A stretch of DNA of 64,000 nucleotides from Octopus sinensis (taxonomy: Eukaryota). Numbering within the stretch: the first letter of the stretch is position 1; the number at the start of each line of letters is the position of its first letter. The position numbers were made by a program, and so were the translations under genes. The stretch lies in contig NC_043025.1 of the NCBI RefSeq assembly GCF_006345805.1, positions 5,704,001 through 5,768,000 of the forward strand. Direction: 5' to 3'. The notes under the pieces were generated by a model. The model was not told the origin of the DNA and did not search any database. It saw nothing but the letters and a program-made list of their open reading frames with translations. Shown here one piece after another: positions 23,839 through 36,245 of this stretch.

Positions 23839-25227
23839 GAAGATAAAGATAAGGAAAATTTTAATTTTATTCTCAAAGCAGGATGATGCTAACCATGACC
23901 TCCCCTAATGACCCACCCACTCACCCACTCTCAAAGGATCTTTGTCTTGCATGTAGTTGTAGTTGTAATGGCAGCAGTAGTAGTAGTAGTAGCAGTAGCA
24001 GTTGTAGTAGCAGTAGCAGTAGTAGTAGTAGTAGCAGCAGGAGTTGTAGCAGTAATAGTAGTTGTAGTAGTAGTAGCAGCAGTAGTAATAGTAGTATTAG
24101 TAGATGTAGTAGCTGTTGTAGCAGTAGTAGTAGTAGTAGTAGAAGCAGTAGTAGTAGCAGTAGTAGTAGTAGTTGTAGTAGTAGCAGCAACAGTAGTAAT
24201 AGTAGTATTAGTAGATGTAGTAGCTGTTGTAGTGGTAGCAGTAGTAGTAGTTGTGGTTGTAGTACTGGCAGTAATGGCGGTGTCAGCGATGCCTGGTGGT
24301 TGTTGTCCTCCACCCCATGCCATCCTAGCCCCATCATCATGTTCTGAAGACGGGACTAAAGGTCCAACGCACCACAGGGTCTAGGAGCACAAACATCACA
24401 CACACACATACCCTAAATGCTCTCCTTATCTCTGCCCCCTTCTCTGTCTGTCTGTCTGTCTCTCCCCCACCCCATTCCTCAGTTTTAGTCTTGTTCCTTT
24501 CTTTCTCTACATCTCTCCCCCTCCCATCCCCCCCCCCGCTTTAAAGGGTCCCTCTGCCCTTTATGTCTGAGATGTGAGGGTTTGTATTAATGCTGGTCCT
24601 TAGTTCAGAAGTCAGACGCTGACCCAAGGGACCCAGTGGCCTTTTGAGTGCATGGAACTGCTTTTAGGGGTGTGCACATGTGTGTGTGTATGTGTGTGTA
24701 TATGTGTGTATGTGTGTGTGTATGTGTGTGTATAAGTGTGTGTGTATGTGTGTGTATGTATGTGTGTGTATAAGTGTGTGTGTAAGTGTGTATGTGTGTG
24801 TGTATGTGTGTGTGTATGTGTGTGTATGTGTGTGTATATGTGTGTGTATATGTGTGTATGTGTGTGTGTATGTGTGTGTATAAGTGTGTGTGTATGTGTG
24901 TATGTATGTGTGATGTATGTGCGTGTATATGTGTGTATGTATATGTGTATGTATGTGTGTGTATATATATATGTTTATATGTGTGTATGTGTATATGTGT
25001 GCAAAAGTGTGTGTATATATGTGTATCTGTGTGTATATGTATGTGTATATATTTGTGTAATGTATATGTAAATGTGTTTGTTACTGTGTGTATATATGTA
25101 TACATGCATGTTTGTATGTGTGCATTGTATATATGTATGTGTGTATGCATGCTTGTATGTCTGTGTATGTATGACTATGTATGTATGTATGTATACAATT
25201 GTATAAGTGTGTGTGTATATATATATA

Positions 25228-25385
25228 ACGGGAAGGTTTACGAAAATAAACAAAAGACGAAGGCAGGTGGAGTACAAACAAATGTATTAGTATAGCGCTC
25301 AGGAATAGAAAAAGTCTTTTACGTTTCGAGCCTATGCTCTTCAGCAGAAAGATCCACAGAAAGAAACAAGGAGAGAAAAAAATGC
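25228..25385 (-). mobile_element. Penelope-like terminal fragment with degenerate hammerhead (25316-25351); inverse copy at ~46915-47060
   Basis: Reverse complement cttt-CTGCTGA-a-gagc(atag)gctc-GAAA-cgTA-aaag; the same ~150-bp element occurs twice. Confidence 0.5.
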
Positions 25386-25399
25386 ATGTAGGAGCTAAC

Positions 25400-25439
<40 letters not shown>

Positions 25440-25754
25440 CTATATATATATATATATATAATATAATATATATATATATATCTATATATTACTTTTGTGT
25501 GTATTATGTTTCATCTTTTACTTGTTGTAGCCATTAAACTGTGGCCACGCTGGGGCACTGCTTGAAAAATATTTAGTCAAATGAATCGACCCCAGGACTT
25601 CTTTTTTAATCCTGGTATTTACTTTATCAGTCTCATTGGCTGAACTGCTAGAATTTGTATTCCTGCATGTATGTATGTATGTATGTATGTGTATTTATGG
25701 TTGTATGTATATGTGTGTGTATAAAGGTTAGCTGAATTATAGGTTAAAATAGTG

Positions 25755-26125
25755 GAAGCACTCTGTCGGTTACGACGACGAGGGTTCCGGTTGATCCGAT
25801 CAACGGAACAGCCTGCTCGTGAAATTAACGTGTAAGTGGCTGAGCACTCCACAGACACATGTACCCTTAACGTAGTTCTCGGGGATATTCAGCGTGACAC
25901 AGAGAGTGACAAGGCCGGCCCTTTGAAATACAGGTACAACAGAACAGAGGAAGAAAGAGCGAGAGAAAGTTGTGGTGAAAGAGTACAGCAGGGATCACCA
26001 CCATCCCTGCCGGAGCTCGTGGAGCTTTTAGGTGTTTCGCTCAATAAACACTCACAACGCCCGGTCTGGGAATCGAAACCGCGATCGATGACCGCAAGTC
26101 CGCTGCCTTAACCACTGGGCCATTG
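25755..26125 (-). mobile_element. SINE with family 3 head and body but a different 3' tail
   Basis: 25945-26125 matches family 3; 25755-25940 matches the tail of the SINE at 62655-62870. Confidence 0.8.
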
Positions 26126-26313
26126 TGTTAAAATAACCATCTAAGGGATAGAAGTATTCATTATACTACAGGCATATTACCTATGTTTAACCATGGGCAA
26201 ACATATGCAAGCATATTGTGTTCATAAAGACAAGGATAAACATGAGTTTACCAAGAATCAAAATTTAAAGAAAACAGAAAATGGATTAATATCGATGAAC
26301 AACAATTGACTTA

Positions 26314-26724
26314 CATCATCATCATCATCGTTTAACGTCCGTTCTCCATGCTAGCATGGGTTGGACGGTTTGACCGGGGATCTGGGAAGCCAGAAGGCTG
26401 CACCAGGCTCCAGTCTTATCTGGCAATGTTTCTACAGCTGGATGCCCTTCCTAACGCCACCACTCCGTGAGGTAGTGGGTGCTTTTTACGTGCCACCCAC
26501 ACAGGTGCCAGGTGAGGCTGGTGCCTCAAACAGGTCTTTGGTCCAAGGGAGGAAAGGCATGCATAAGTGGCTGGCTCACTTGTCCTGCCTGGTCTTCTCA
26601 CGTACAGATATTTCCAAAGGTCTCGGTCGCTGGTCATTTCCTCAGTGAGGCCTAAAGTTCGAAGGTCGTGCTTAACCACCTCGTCCCAGGTTTTCCTGGG
26701 TCTACCTCTTCCACGGGTTCCCTC
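26314..26724 (-). mobile_element. RTE/RTE-X LINE 3' end; tail shared by short copies (31520-31775 +, 36905-37210 -, 47570-47900 -, 53580-53770 +)
   Basis: Minus strand GTRGRGRPRKTWDEVVKHDLRTLGLTEEMTSDRDLW, then ggcgttaggaagggcatccagctgtagaaac...ggacgttaaacgatgatgatg. Confidence 0.85.
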
Positions 26725-27147
26725 TTTACATCAATTATTATTTATTAATTCAATGCAAATAGACTGCACCCTATCTAACAGCTGTTTCTGCTTCCAATGT
26801 TGTTTGGTATTGCCATTGATATGCTAAAAATATTTATCAAATTTGGTAATAAAACCAGTCTGAAACGAGGATCTTCATCAGTGTGAAGAATAAATAAACA
26901 AGAAGAGCATAGAGAATGTAGTGGGATGGAGGAAAAGGACAACAGAAAAAGGAGCAACGGGAGAAAGAAATACAAAAGGCCCTACCTTGGCAAAATCAGC
27001 GGTTACTCTCTCACGAATTCAACACATCTTGTCGGTCTGCACTCTTTGCTGGAATTGACCACACGTCCTTGCTGACCACACGTGCTTCCTGCCCACGCAT
27101 GCCCCTTTCACTCTTCCGCCAGCCCCTGCAACCCTTACATCAACTCT

Positions 27148-27611
27148 AAAGAGTCCAGAAGCTGGCTACCCGCATGGTTCTTGGTCTCAAGCATTTGTCT
27201 TATGAAGAAAGGCTGAAGACGCTCGACCTTTATTCTCTAGAAAAAACGCCCCACTGTGGTGATCTCATTCTTGCTCACAACATCATAAGCGGAAAGTGTA
27301 ACCTCTCGAAAGAGCTGTTCTTCACTCCTGCTCCAGAGCGTCGGCTGCGGAGTCACTCCGAAAAGCTCTATCTGCGACGATTTCATCTCAATCGAAGGAG
27401 AAGGGCTTTCTCCGTCCAGGTTGTGGATCCGTGGAATAAGCTGCTGGACGAGATAGTGACGATGCCGACAACCACTCGGTTCAAAGTCTCTCTTGACCAG
27501 AAATGGCCTGAACTCTTTGCATGAACACCACCCTGTACATAACTCCATGTCCCCCTACATGGCCTTACTTTTTGCTTTTTGAGCCCAAAAATTAACTTAA
27601 CTTAACTTACT
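27148..27611 (+). mobile_element. CR1-clade LINE 3' fragment (family A)
   Basis: RVQKLATRMVLGLKHLSYEERLKTLDLYSLEK...FSVQVVDPWNKL; (ACTTA)n tail. Confidence 0.9.
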
Positions 27612-27997
27612 TCCACCCACCTCATCTGTCATCCTCTCCACCAACACCACATAGCTCATCACAGCCCATAACACTGCTAACACCACATAGAAGGAAAATG
27701 GAAAAGCTGAAAATGGTTGTAATCCTACCGTTTTGCTTGTGTGTCTCTTTGGGCCATTAAGTAAAAGACTCTATTTGCATTGAATTAATAAAGGATCTTT
27801 TCGGTTTGAACGGCAGTTTTTTCTAGCTGTGTCATATGCAATTGTCACCCATAATTATGACCCTAGTATCGATCTATTGCATTTCAATCTATTTTAGGGT
27901 TAGGGTAAGGGGTGGGAAAAGGGTATCTTTTTTTCTTCACAAATGTAAATAAACCCAATCTGTTTCTTAAACGAGGGACATATTCATACGGCACAGA

Positions 27998-29870
27998 ATG
28001 ATGATGATAATGATGATCCCCATCATTGCCATTTTCCTCCTCCTCCTCCTCTGCCTCATTATCATCATCACCACTATAATGATCATTTTGTCATCATCCT
28101 CATCATTGTCATCGCCATCATCATTGCTGTCATCATCATCGTCATCATCATCATCATTATCATTAACATCGTCCCCATCATTGATGTGATGATAATGATG
28201 GTGATGATGACAACAATGTTGGTGATGACGGACGACGATGGAAATAATGGAAAAAGATGTTTCCGTGTGCAAAACATACTACGACACCTGTCACTGATGA
28301 TAATGATGGTAATGATGATGATGATGATGTTCTACCCCCCCACCCCACTCCACCTCACCCTATTATCATTACTTTATAAGAGGGAGGATGAATTCACCTC
28401 CAGCCCTCCCCCCCCTCTGCACTCCGTTAGAAATCGATCGACTGATGAATCAATGAGCCAGAAAGTCACTTCACCTCCGCCGGAATCCTTTGGTCTGAGA
28501 CTAAATCGCAAGTGACAGGTGTCGCTGTAAATATATTTTGCACATGGAAACATCTTTTTCCATTATTGCCAAACACTTTCCAACCACAACAACAATAACA
28601 TCATCATCATCATCATCATCACCAGCACTGTCATCAATGCAACTCTCATCATCACCATCATCCTCCTCCTCCTCATTACAATCATCATTGCTTTCATTAC
28701 CATCATCGCCATCATCATCATCCTTATCATCGCCATCATCCTCATCAGCATCATCAACATCATCATTGCTTTCATTATCATCACCCTCACCCTCATCCTC
28801 ATCATCATCATCCTTGCCATCATCATCATCCTCATCATCGCCATCATCCTCATCATATTTCTCCTCCTCCCGCTCCTCATCATCCTCCTCATCATCATCG
28901 CCATCATCATCATCACCATCATCATCATCATTACAATCATCATCATCCTCATTACAATCATCATTGCTTTCATTATCACCATCATCATCATCCTCATCCT
29001 TATCCTCATCTTCATCATCATTGTGATTATCATTATCATTGTAGCCATCATCACCATTCTCATCCTCATCTTCATCAGCATCATCACGATTACCACTTTC
29101 ATCATCATCATCACCACACTACTGTGTGTGTGTGTGCGGTGGGGTCACGTTTTTAAAAGGCAAAAAGTTACCATAGTGACTCAAAGACAAAGAGTTTCAA
29201 GCACTTAAGGGACTGACTTCAAGATCTAGGAGCTCGCTTCTTTATAGGGTCCAGTTTTTTTTTGGGGGGGGGATATGGGGGATGGGGGGGGGAGGGTTGT
29301 GGCTTCTGTATCTTAGTGTGACCCTGTGTTTGTCCCGTTGGTGCATTTTCATCACCACCACAATCCACTTCCCCTCCTCCTCATCCTCATCATCATCATC
29401 TCTAAAATCTCCATTACTACAACAATCACCGTCATCCTCATCATCTTCTTTGTTGTCTTTGTCACCATCTACATTCTCATTGCTGTCATCATCATCCTCT
29501 TCATTCTCCTCCTCGTTATCATCATTATAATCCTCATCATCATCGCGATCATTATCATCGTTGTTGTCATCGTTCTTCTCCCCCTCCTCTTCTTCTTCCT
29601 CTTCATCATCATCATCATCATCATCATTGTCACAAACACCATCCCCATCATTGCCATTCTCCTCCTCCTCCTCTTCCTCATCATCATCATTGTCATCATC
29701 ACCACTATAATGATCATTTCGTCATCATCCTCATCATTGTCATCGCCATCATCATTGCTGTCATCATCATCGTCATCATCATCATCATTAACATTTGTCC
29801 CCATCATTCTCATTTTCCTCCTCCTCTTCCACATCATCATCATCATCATCACAGATGAACAGACAAACAG
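27998..29870. repeat. (CAT/CCT)n low-complexity domain with an internal ~170-bp duplicate (28015-28190 vs 29640-29805)
   Basis: Direct reading. Confidence 0.85.
28240..28570. mobile_element. MITE-like element with ~55-bp inverted arms
   Basis: ggaaataatggaaaaagatgtttccgtgtgcaaaa...cgacacctgtcact / agtgacaggtgtcg...ttttgcacatggaaacatctttttccattattgcc. Confidence 0.7.
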
Positions 29871-30195
29871 ACAGACACAGAGAAAGACATGTTAATTTGG
29901 AACAAATTAACATGTCATGATGAAATGTCTCCCCCCGTCACCCACCCCCTCTTCTGACCGAACAGGCTCCCAGAGAAATTAAACTGTCTGACCCCCTTTT
30001 TTTTCTGTCTCTTTAATGTCTCTGTTCCCATTTTCATGTCCCTTTCACAGTACCCAACACACACCCCCTCTCTCTCACACACACACACACACATACACAG
30101 ACAGGAATATATATACATATGCACACACACACACACACACAAGTATATTTATGCATATATATTTACATATACATATGTATATCTATCTATCTATA

Positions 30196-30227
<32 letters not shown>

Positions 30228-30814
30228 TATGTAGTATATATATATATATATATACATACATTTATATGTGTGTGTGTATGTATATATATATATGTGCGTG
30301 TGTGTATGTATATATATATATATATATATAATATATATTATATACCCACAATTGTTAAAGTACCATGCCATTAAAACTGCTGTCATCGATTAAGTCACAC
30401 ACATACTCACACACACTAAACACCTCTGCCACACACACACACACACTCCATCACACACATATATACCCCAATACACTTACCTCACATACAAGAATATATT
30501 CTCAGATACACACACATTCCTCGTACCCTATAGATACACCGGCACTTCCTACACCCTACACATGTCCATATATAGGCATATATATACACACAGGCATCAG
30601 CTTCAGTTAACGGCCCCTTTTGCATGTTTGCTTGGGTTTGGTGGAATCTGCTGAGGTAGGTTTTCTACAGCTGGATGTCCCTTCTGTCACCAACCCTTAC
30701 TGGAAATGAACCGCATTGCTCTTGCGATGGTGACTTACAATTATCATATGATGTCAAAACAAGGGCACACACAAACACACACACCTACATATATATATAT
30801 ATAAACAGCTAAGA

Positions 30815-31260
30815 TTCTACTCCCTGGAGAGAAGACGGGAGAGGTATGCAGTAATATATGTCTGGAAGATCCTGGAAGGAATTGTGCCAAATTTTGGCAT
30901 TGTAAGCTACACCAATGCTAGAATGGGACGACACTGCATAGTGCCAAAGATCCCAGCAATGCCATCACGCTTCAGGACCAGCTTCTGCAGCAGCCTGGGT
31001 TTCAAGGGCCCACAGCTTTTTATATTCTCCCAAAGAGTCTGAAGAACTTGCACAAAGTAGATGTAGCGGTTTTTAAATCAAAGCTGGACATCTTCTGTCA
31101 GAGTCCAGATGAACCTACCTCACAGCAAGAGGTGCAAATGAGAGTAGCTGTATCAAACTCTATTCTTCACCAAGTGCCACATATTAGACGAGTTCGTCGT
31201 AATAACAGTGTAGCACAAAACGGCGGTGCATCAGCATGGCCGCAGCTTGAGCTGAAACTA
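30815..31260 (+). mobile_element. CR1/L2-group LINE 3' fragment (family B) whose terminus matches the SINE family 1 tail
   Basis: FYSLERRRERYAVIYVWKILEGIVPNFG...GFKGPQL...FKSKLD...PDEP; ends ggcggtgcatcagcatggccgcagcttgagctgaaac. Confidence 0.85.
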
Positions 31261-31262
31261 GA

Positions 31263-31293
<31 letters not shown>

Positions 31294-31302
31294 TATACGT
31301 AT

Positions 31303-31491
31303 CTTTATTTAAAAGCAGCAGAAATTCAACAAAACCTGTTACTTGGAGTTTCACGTTCCCATTTGTCGAACAGTTTTGCTAGAATAGAACCGATTCTATT
31401 TTATCGGTTCTTTCACAAAAACTGTCCGACGAACGGGAACGTGAAACTCCGAGTAACAGGTTTTGTTGAATTCTGCTGCTTTTAAATAAAG
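31303..31491. mobile_element. Palindromic MITE, ~75-bp arms plus inner 9-bp stem
   Basis: ctttatttaaaagcagcagaaattcaacaaaacctgttac... / ...gtaacaggttttgttgaattctgctgcttttaaataaag; inner agaaccgat/atcggttct. Confidence 0.85.
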
Positions 31492-32390
31492 CATATTACT
31501 CTACCCCTAGTATTTGAGTATATATATATATATATATATGTAAAAAGCACCATCCGATCGTGGCCGTCTGCCAGCCCCGTCTGGCACCTGTGCCGGTGGC
31601 ATGTAAAAAGCACCCACTACACTCACGGAGTGGTTGGCATTAGGAAGGGCATCCAGCTGTAGAAACACTGCCAGATCAGACTGGAGCCTGGTGCAGCCTC
31701 CTGGCTTCCCAAACCCCAGTTGAACCGTCCAACCCCTGCTAGCATGGAAAGTGGACGTTAAATGATGATGATGATAAATATGTATATATAAAAAAGAGGC
31801 AAGCAACAGGTTGCTTAGCCACATACCGAAAAATTAGAAATAGCAGTCAAAGACTGTTTATTTCTATTTTCTACAAGTGGGACTCCACACACGACATATC
31901 CCTGTAATTCACATATGCAAACCAGAAGGAAGAAACAACTCGACCCCGGGACTTATTCTTTGTAAGCCCAGTACTTATTCTATCGGTCTCTTTTGCCGAA
32001 CCGCTAAGTGACGGGGACATAAACACACCAGCATAGGTTGTCAAGCAATGCTAGGGGGACAAACACACACACGCATATATATAATATATATACTTCTTTC
32101 AGTTTCCGTCTACCAAATCACTCACAAGGCTTTGGTCAGCCCGGATTAATAGAAGACACTTGCCCAAGGTGCCACACAGTGGGACTGAACTCGGAACCAT
32201 GTGGTGGTAAGCAAGCTACTTACCACACAGCCACTCCTGTGCCTATATATTGAACTTTTTTATAAAAGTTTCTACCGTTAATGGTTATATTTACATGCCG
32301 AAATCTACCCGTAAATAATTGTTGGTTTTTTTTAAAAACCATTAAAACTATTATTTGCTCTTGCTACATTCACCCATCTTTTATTGAAGC

Positions 32391-32791
32391 ACTAGCAGTA
32401 TCGCCCGGTGTTGCTCGGGTTTGTAAGGGAAATAACTATATAAGCATTTTTAGAGAGTTATAGCCAAAAAATAGTAAAAAAAATGCATTAAAAATGGAAA
32501 AAAAATGATGGTAAATTTTTTTTTAAATCGTTGACTCATCGTAGACATTTTTAGAGAGTTACTTCCCTTATATAATAGCGAAAAAATGCATTAAAATGGG
32601 AAAAAATGATGGTAAATTATTTTTTAAATCGTAGACTCATCGTAGACGCGCGCTAATAGCCAGACGGGCTCGATATGAATCACGACTATAAGATACCCGG
32701 TTTTGGTTAAACTGCACCGCAAAATGTGGGAGTAGTTAGGAATCTAAATCGTAGGAGACAGACACACGACTTCACTTTTATATATAAAGAT
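32391..32791 (+). mobile_element. Helitron/Helentron-like non-autonomous element (other copies 52377-52836 -, 59351-59865 +, 60328-60827 -, 62959-63320 +)
   Basis: Shared end actagcagtatcgcccggcgttgctcggg and opposite end ttttatatataaagat/tatatagagagagat; no TIRs. Superfamily assignment is by recalled resemblance to HINE/DINE-1-type ends. Confidence 0.6.
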
Positions 32792-32799
32792 TTGCTAGA

Positions 32800-34460
32800 C
32801 AAAACTTCCCTCTCTGCTCTCACTTTCCTTTTCAAGTGATACTTTAAGAAATTGATGAGAGATTTACCAAAGAGGAAAGTGTTTGTCTCCAGTCCTTTCA
32901 GATGTGTCCACCAGACACATTCTTTCGCCATAGCCACAAGGATGATGAAAATGGCTTTTCCTTCCCATTTGAAGGAAGGAGGCGTGACAATATTGACAAT
33001 AGATTCGGTTGATAGACCGACTTGACCCACACGTGACAGCAGTCATTCGACATAAGCCCACAGGTCGGAAATGGTTGGACACTGTACGAGTACATGCAGA
33101 ATGGTTTGGTCACTCTGACGGCATCTCGGGCAGGTTGACCTGGTGTTTCTCGAGTCATGCCTGTAGAGCTTATCCGAACAGGTAGTGCTTCTCGATAGCA
33201 CTGCCAGGCCAGGGATCTCTGGAAGGTTCCATAAGTTCTGGCCCAAAAGTCATACTGAACAGGCAGGTCAGGTATTCCTTGTCAGGTGTTCCTTGTCAAT
33301 GCCCAGGTTCGCCCCGAGATCATCGTCGTACCTCCCCTCCACTAATCCCCTATAGAATGCTTTGGTTATGATGCAGTCGCTGAAGGTCAACACGGGACGG
33401 CAGAGTTACTTGAGAGCAACGCGACACTCACGGAGCCATTCACCTTTCCTCAGCCTCTTCTTGATCCACAACTGCAGCTCGCTCATGGAGATGAGCTGCA
33501 GGAAAGTGCATCGCACAAATGGCACCCACACCTGTCCACCATCGTCTACGTAGAGCCAGAAATATCGCTGTCTCAGCACATCTGCACATCATCAACCACA
33601 GCATGCCAGCCCTCCTTTTAGCAGGTGTTAGTTAGTTAGTTAATTTTTTGGCTCAAAAAGCAAAAAAGCAAGGCCATGTAGGGGGTCATGGAGTTATGTA
33701 TAGGGTGGTGTTCATGTAAAGAGTTCAGGCCATTTCTAGTCAAGAGAGACTTTAAACCGAGCGGTCATCGGCATCTTCACTATCTCGTCCAGCAGCTTAT
33801 TCCACAGATCCGCAACCCGGACGGAGAAAGCCCCTCTCCTTTGATTGAGATGAAATCGTCACAGATAGAGCTTTTCGGAGTGACCCCACAGCCAATGCTC
33901 TGGAGCAGGAGTGAAGAACAGCTCTTTCGAGAGGTTACACTTTCCGCTTATGATGTATGTAATGTGTGTATGTAATGTGTGTATGTTAAGTTAAGTTAAG
34001 TTAATTTTTTGGCTCAAAAAGCAAAAAGCAAGGCCATGTAGGGGGACATGGAGTTATGTACAGGGTGGTGTTCATGTAAAGAGTTCAGGCCACTTGTGGT
34101 CAAGAGAGACTTTGAACCGAGCGGTCGTCAGCATCTTCACTATCTCGTCCGGCAGCTTATTCCACGAATCCGCAACCCGGACGGAGAAAGCCCCTCTGTT
34201 GGCAGCAAACAGATCGCCTGACCATCGGAACACTTTCTTTCCACAAGAAGTGGAAGAGGATGTGTTCCAGTTTGGTGATGGTAGGGTCAGGACAAAGCAT
34301 GGGGGTCAGGCAGTAGTAGATGATGGATGCATCTGCCATCTCTTCCCGACCTTTTAGGGATAGCTTCCTCTTGGCACATTGCCAGGAGACAGTGGCTACC
34401 CACTCGTTATCCAGTTCTTCTATGTTTGGAGGTCCAGACTGTCGGTCCAGCACCCCACTA
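32800..34460 (-). mobile_element. L1/Tx1-like LINE ORF2 remnant (34198-34460 and 32800-33627) split by CR1 insertions
   Basis: RKLSLKGR...KLEHILFHFLWKESVPMVRRSVCCQ | HLLKGGL...; zf-RVT-like DKLYRHDSRNTRSTCPRCRQSDQTILHVLVQC...LWAYVE. Confidence 0.8.
33628..34197 (-). mobile_element. Two tandem CR1 family A 3' ends (33628-33954, 33986-34197)
   Basis: Reverse complement of the 27148/43328 element; (TAAC)n and (TTAAC)n tails. Confidence 0.9.
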
Positions 34461-36245
34461 TGATAGGAGCTGGGGCGTAGAGGGACTTGCTTAAGAGACC
34501 AATTTCAGTTACATGCATAGCTGACAGTGATCTTATGCATGATAGGAGCTGGGACGTAGAGGGACTTGCTCAAGAGATCAATTTCAGTTACAGGCATAGC
34601 TGACAGTGATCTTACGCATGATAGGAGCTGGGACATGGAGGGACTTGCTCAAGAGAACAATTTCAGTTACTTCCATAGCTGACAGTGATCTTACGCATGA
34701 TAGGAGCTGGGACATAGAGGGACTTGCTCAAGAGACCAATTTCAGTTACTGGCATAGCTGACAGTTATCTTATGCATGATAGGAGCTGGGACGTAGAGGG
34801 ACTTGCTCAAGAGACCAATTTCAGTTACAGGCATAGCTGACAGTTATCTTATGCATGATAGGAGCTGGGACGTAGAGGGACTTGCTCAAGAGACCAATTT
34901 CAGTTACTGGCATAGCTGACAGTTATCTTATGCATGATAGGAGCTGGGACGTAGAGGGACTTGCTCAAGAGACCAATTTCAGTTACAGGCATAGCTGACA
35001 GTTATCTTATGCATGATAGGAGCTGGGACGTAGAGGGACTTGCTCAAGAGACCAATTTCAGTTACAGGCATAGCTGACAGTGATCTTACGCATGATAGGA
35101 GCTGGGATGTGGAGGGACTTGCTCAAGAGACCAATTACAGTTACATGCATAGCTAACTGTAATGGTATGTATAATAGGAGCCTGGACAGAGAAGAATTTC
35201 AGTTACTTGCATAGCTGACAGTTTTGGTATGCATGATAGGAGCTGGGACGTGGAGGGACTTGCTCAAGAGACCAATTTCAGTTACTTGCATAGCTGACAG
35301 TTTTGGTATGCATGATAGGAGCTGGGACGTGGAGGGACTTGCTCAAGAGAAGAATTTCAGTTACATGCATAGCTGACCGTAATGGTATGTATAATAGGAG
35401 CTGGGACATGGAAAGACTTGCTCAAGAGACCGATTTCAGTTACATGCATAGCTGACAGTGATCTTACGCATGATAGGAGCTGGGAAGTAGAGGGACTTGC
35501 TCAAGAGAATAATTTCAGTTACATGCATAGCTGACTGTAATGGTATGTATAATAGGAGCTGGGACATGGAGGGACTTGCTCAAGAGAAGAATTTCTGTTA
35601 CTTGCATAGTTGACAGTGATGGTATGCATGATAGGAGCTGGGAAGTGGAGGGACTTGCTCAAGAGACCAATTTCACATACATGCATAGCTGACTGTAATG
35701 GTATGTATAATAGGAGCTGGGACATGGAGGGACTTGCTCAAGAGAAGAATTTCTGTTACTTGCATAGTTGACAGTGATGGTATGCATGATAGGAGCTGGG
35801 AAGTGGAGGGACTTGCTCAAGAGACCAATTTCACATACATGCATAGCTGACTGTAATGGTATGTATAATAGGAGCTGGGACATGGAGGGACTTGCTCAAG
35901 AGAAGAATTTCTGTTACTTGCATAGTTGACAGTGATGGTATGCATGATAGGAGCTGGGACGTAGAGGGACTTGCTCAAGAGACCAATTTCACATACATGC
36001 ATAGCTGACAGTGATCTTACGCATGATAGGAGCTGGGATGGGGAGGGACTTGCTCAAGAGAAGAATTTCAGTTACATGCATAGCTGACAGTGATCTTACG
36101 CATGATAGGAGCTGGGAAGTGGAGGGACTTGCTCAAGAGAAGAATTTCTGTTACTTGCATAGTTGACAGTGATGGTATGCATGATAGGATGTGGGATGTG
36201 GAGGAACTTGCTGAAGAATTTCAGTTATTTGCATCATAGTTGACA
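34461..36245. repeat. 78-79-bp minisatellite, about 22 copies, with a local 158-bp dimer
   Basis: tgataggagctgggacgtagagggacttgctcaagagaccaatttcagttacaggcatagctgacagtgatcttacgca; units start at 34461 and 34540; identical ORFs end 158 bp apart (35725, 35883). Confidence 0.95.

Noticed and set aside
26860-26890. Additional hammerhead candidates (also ~57245)
   Set aside because: Partial cores only; stem II or GAAA is disrupted.
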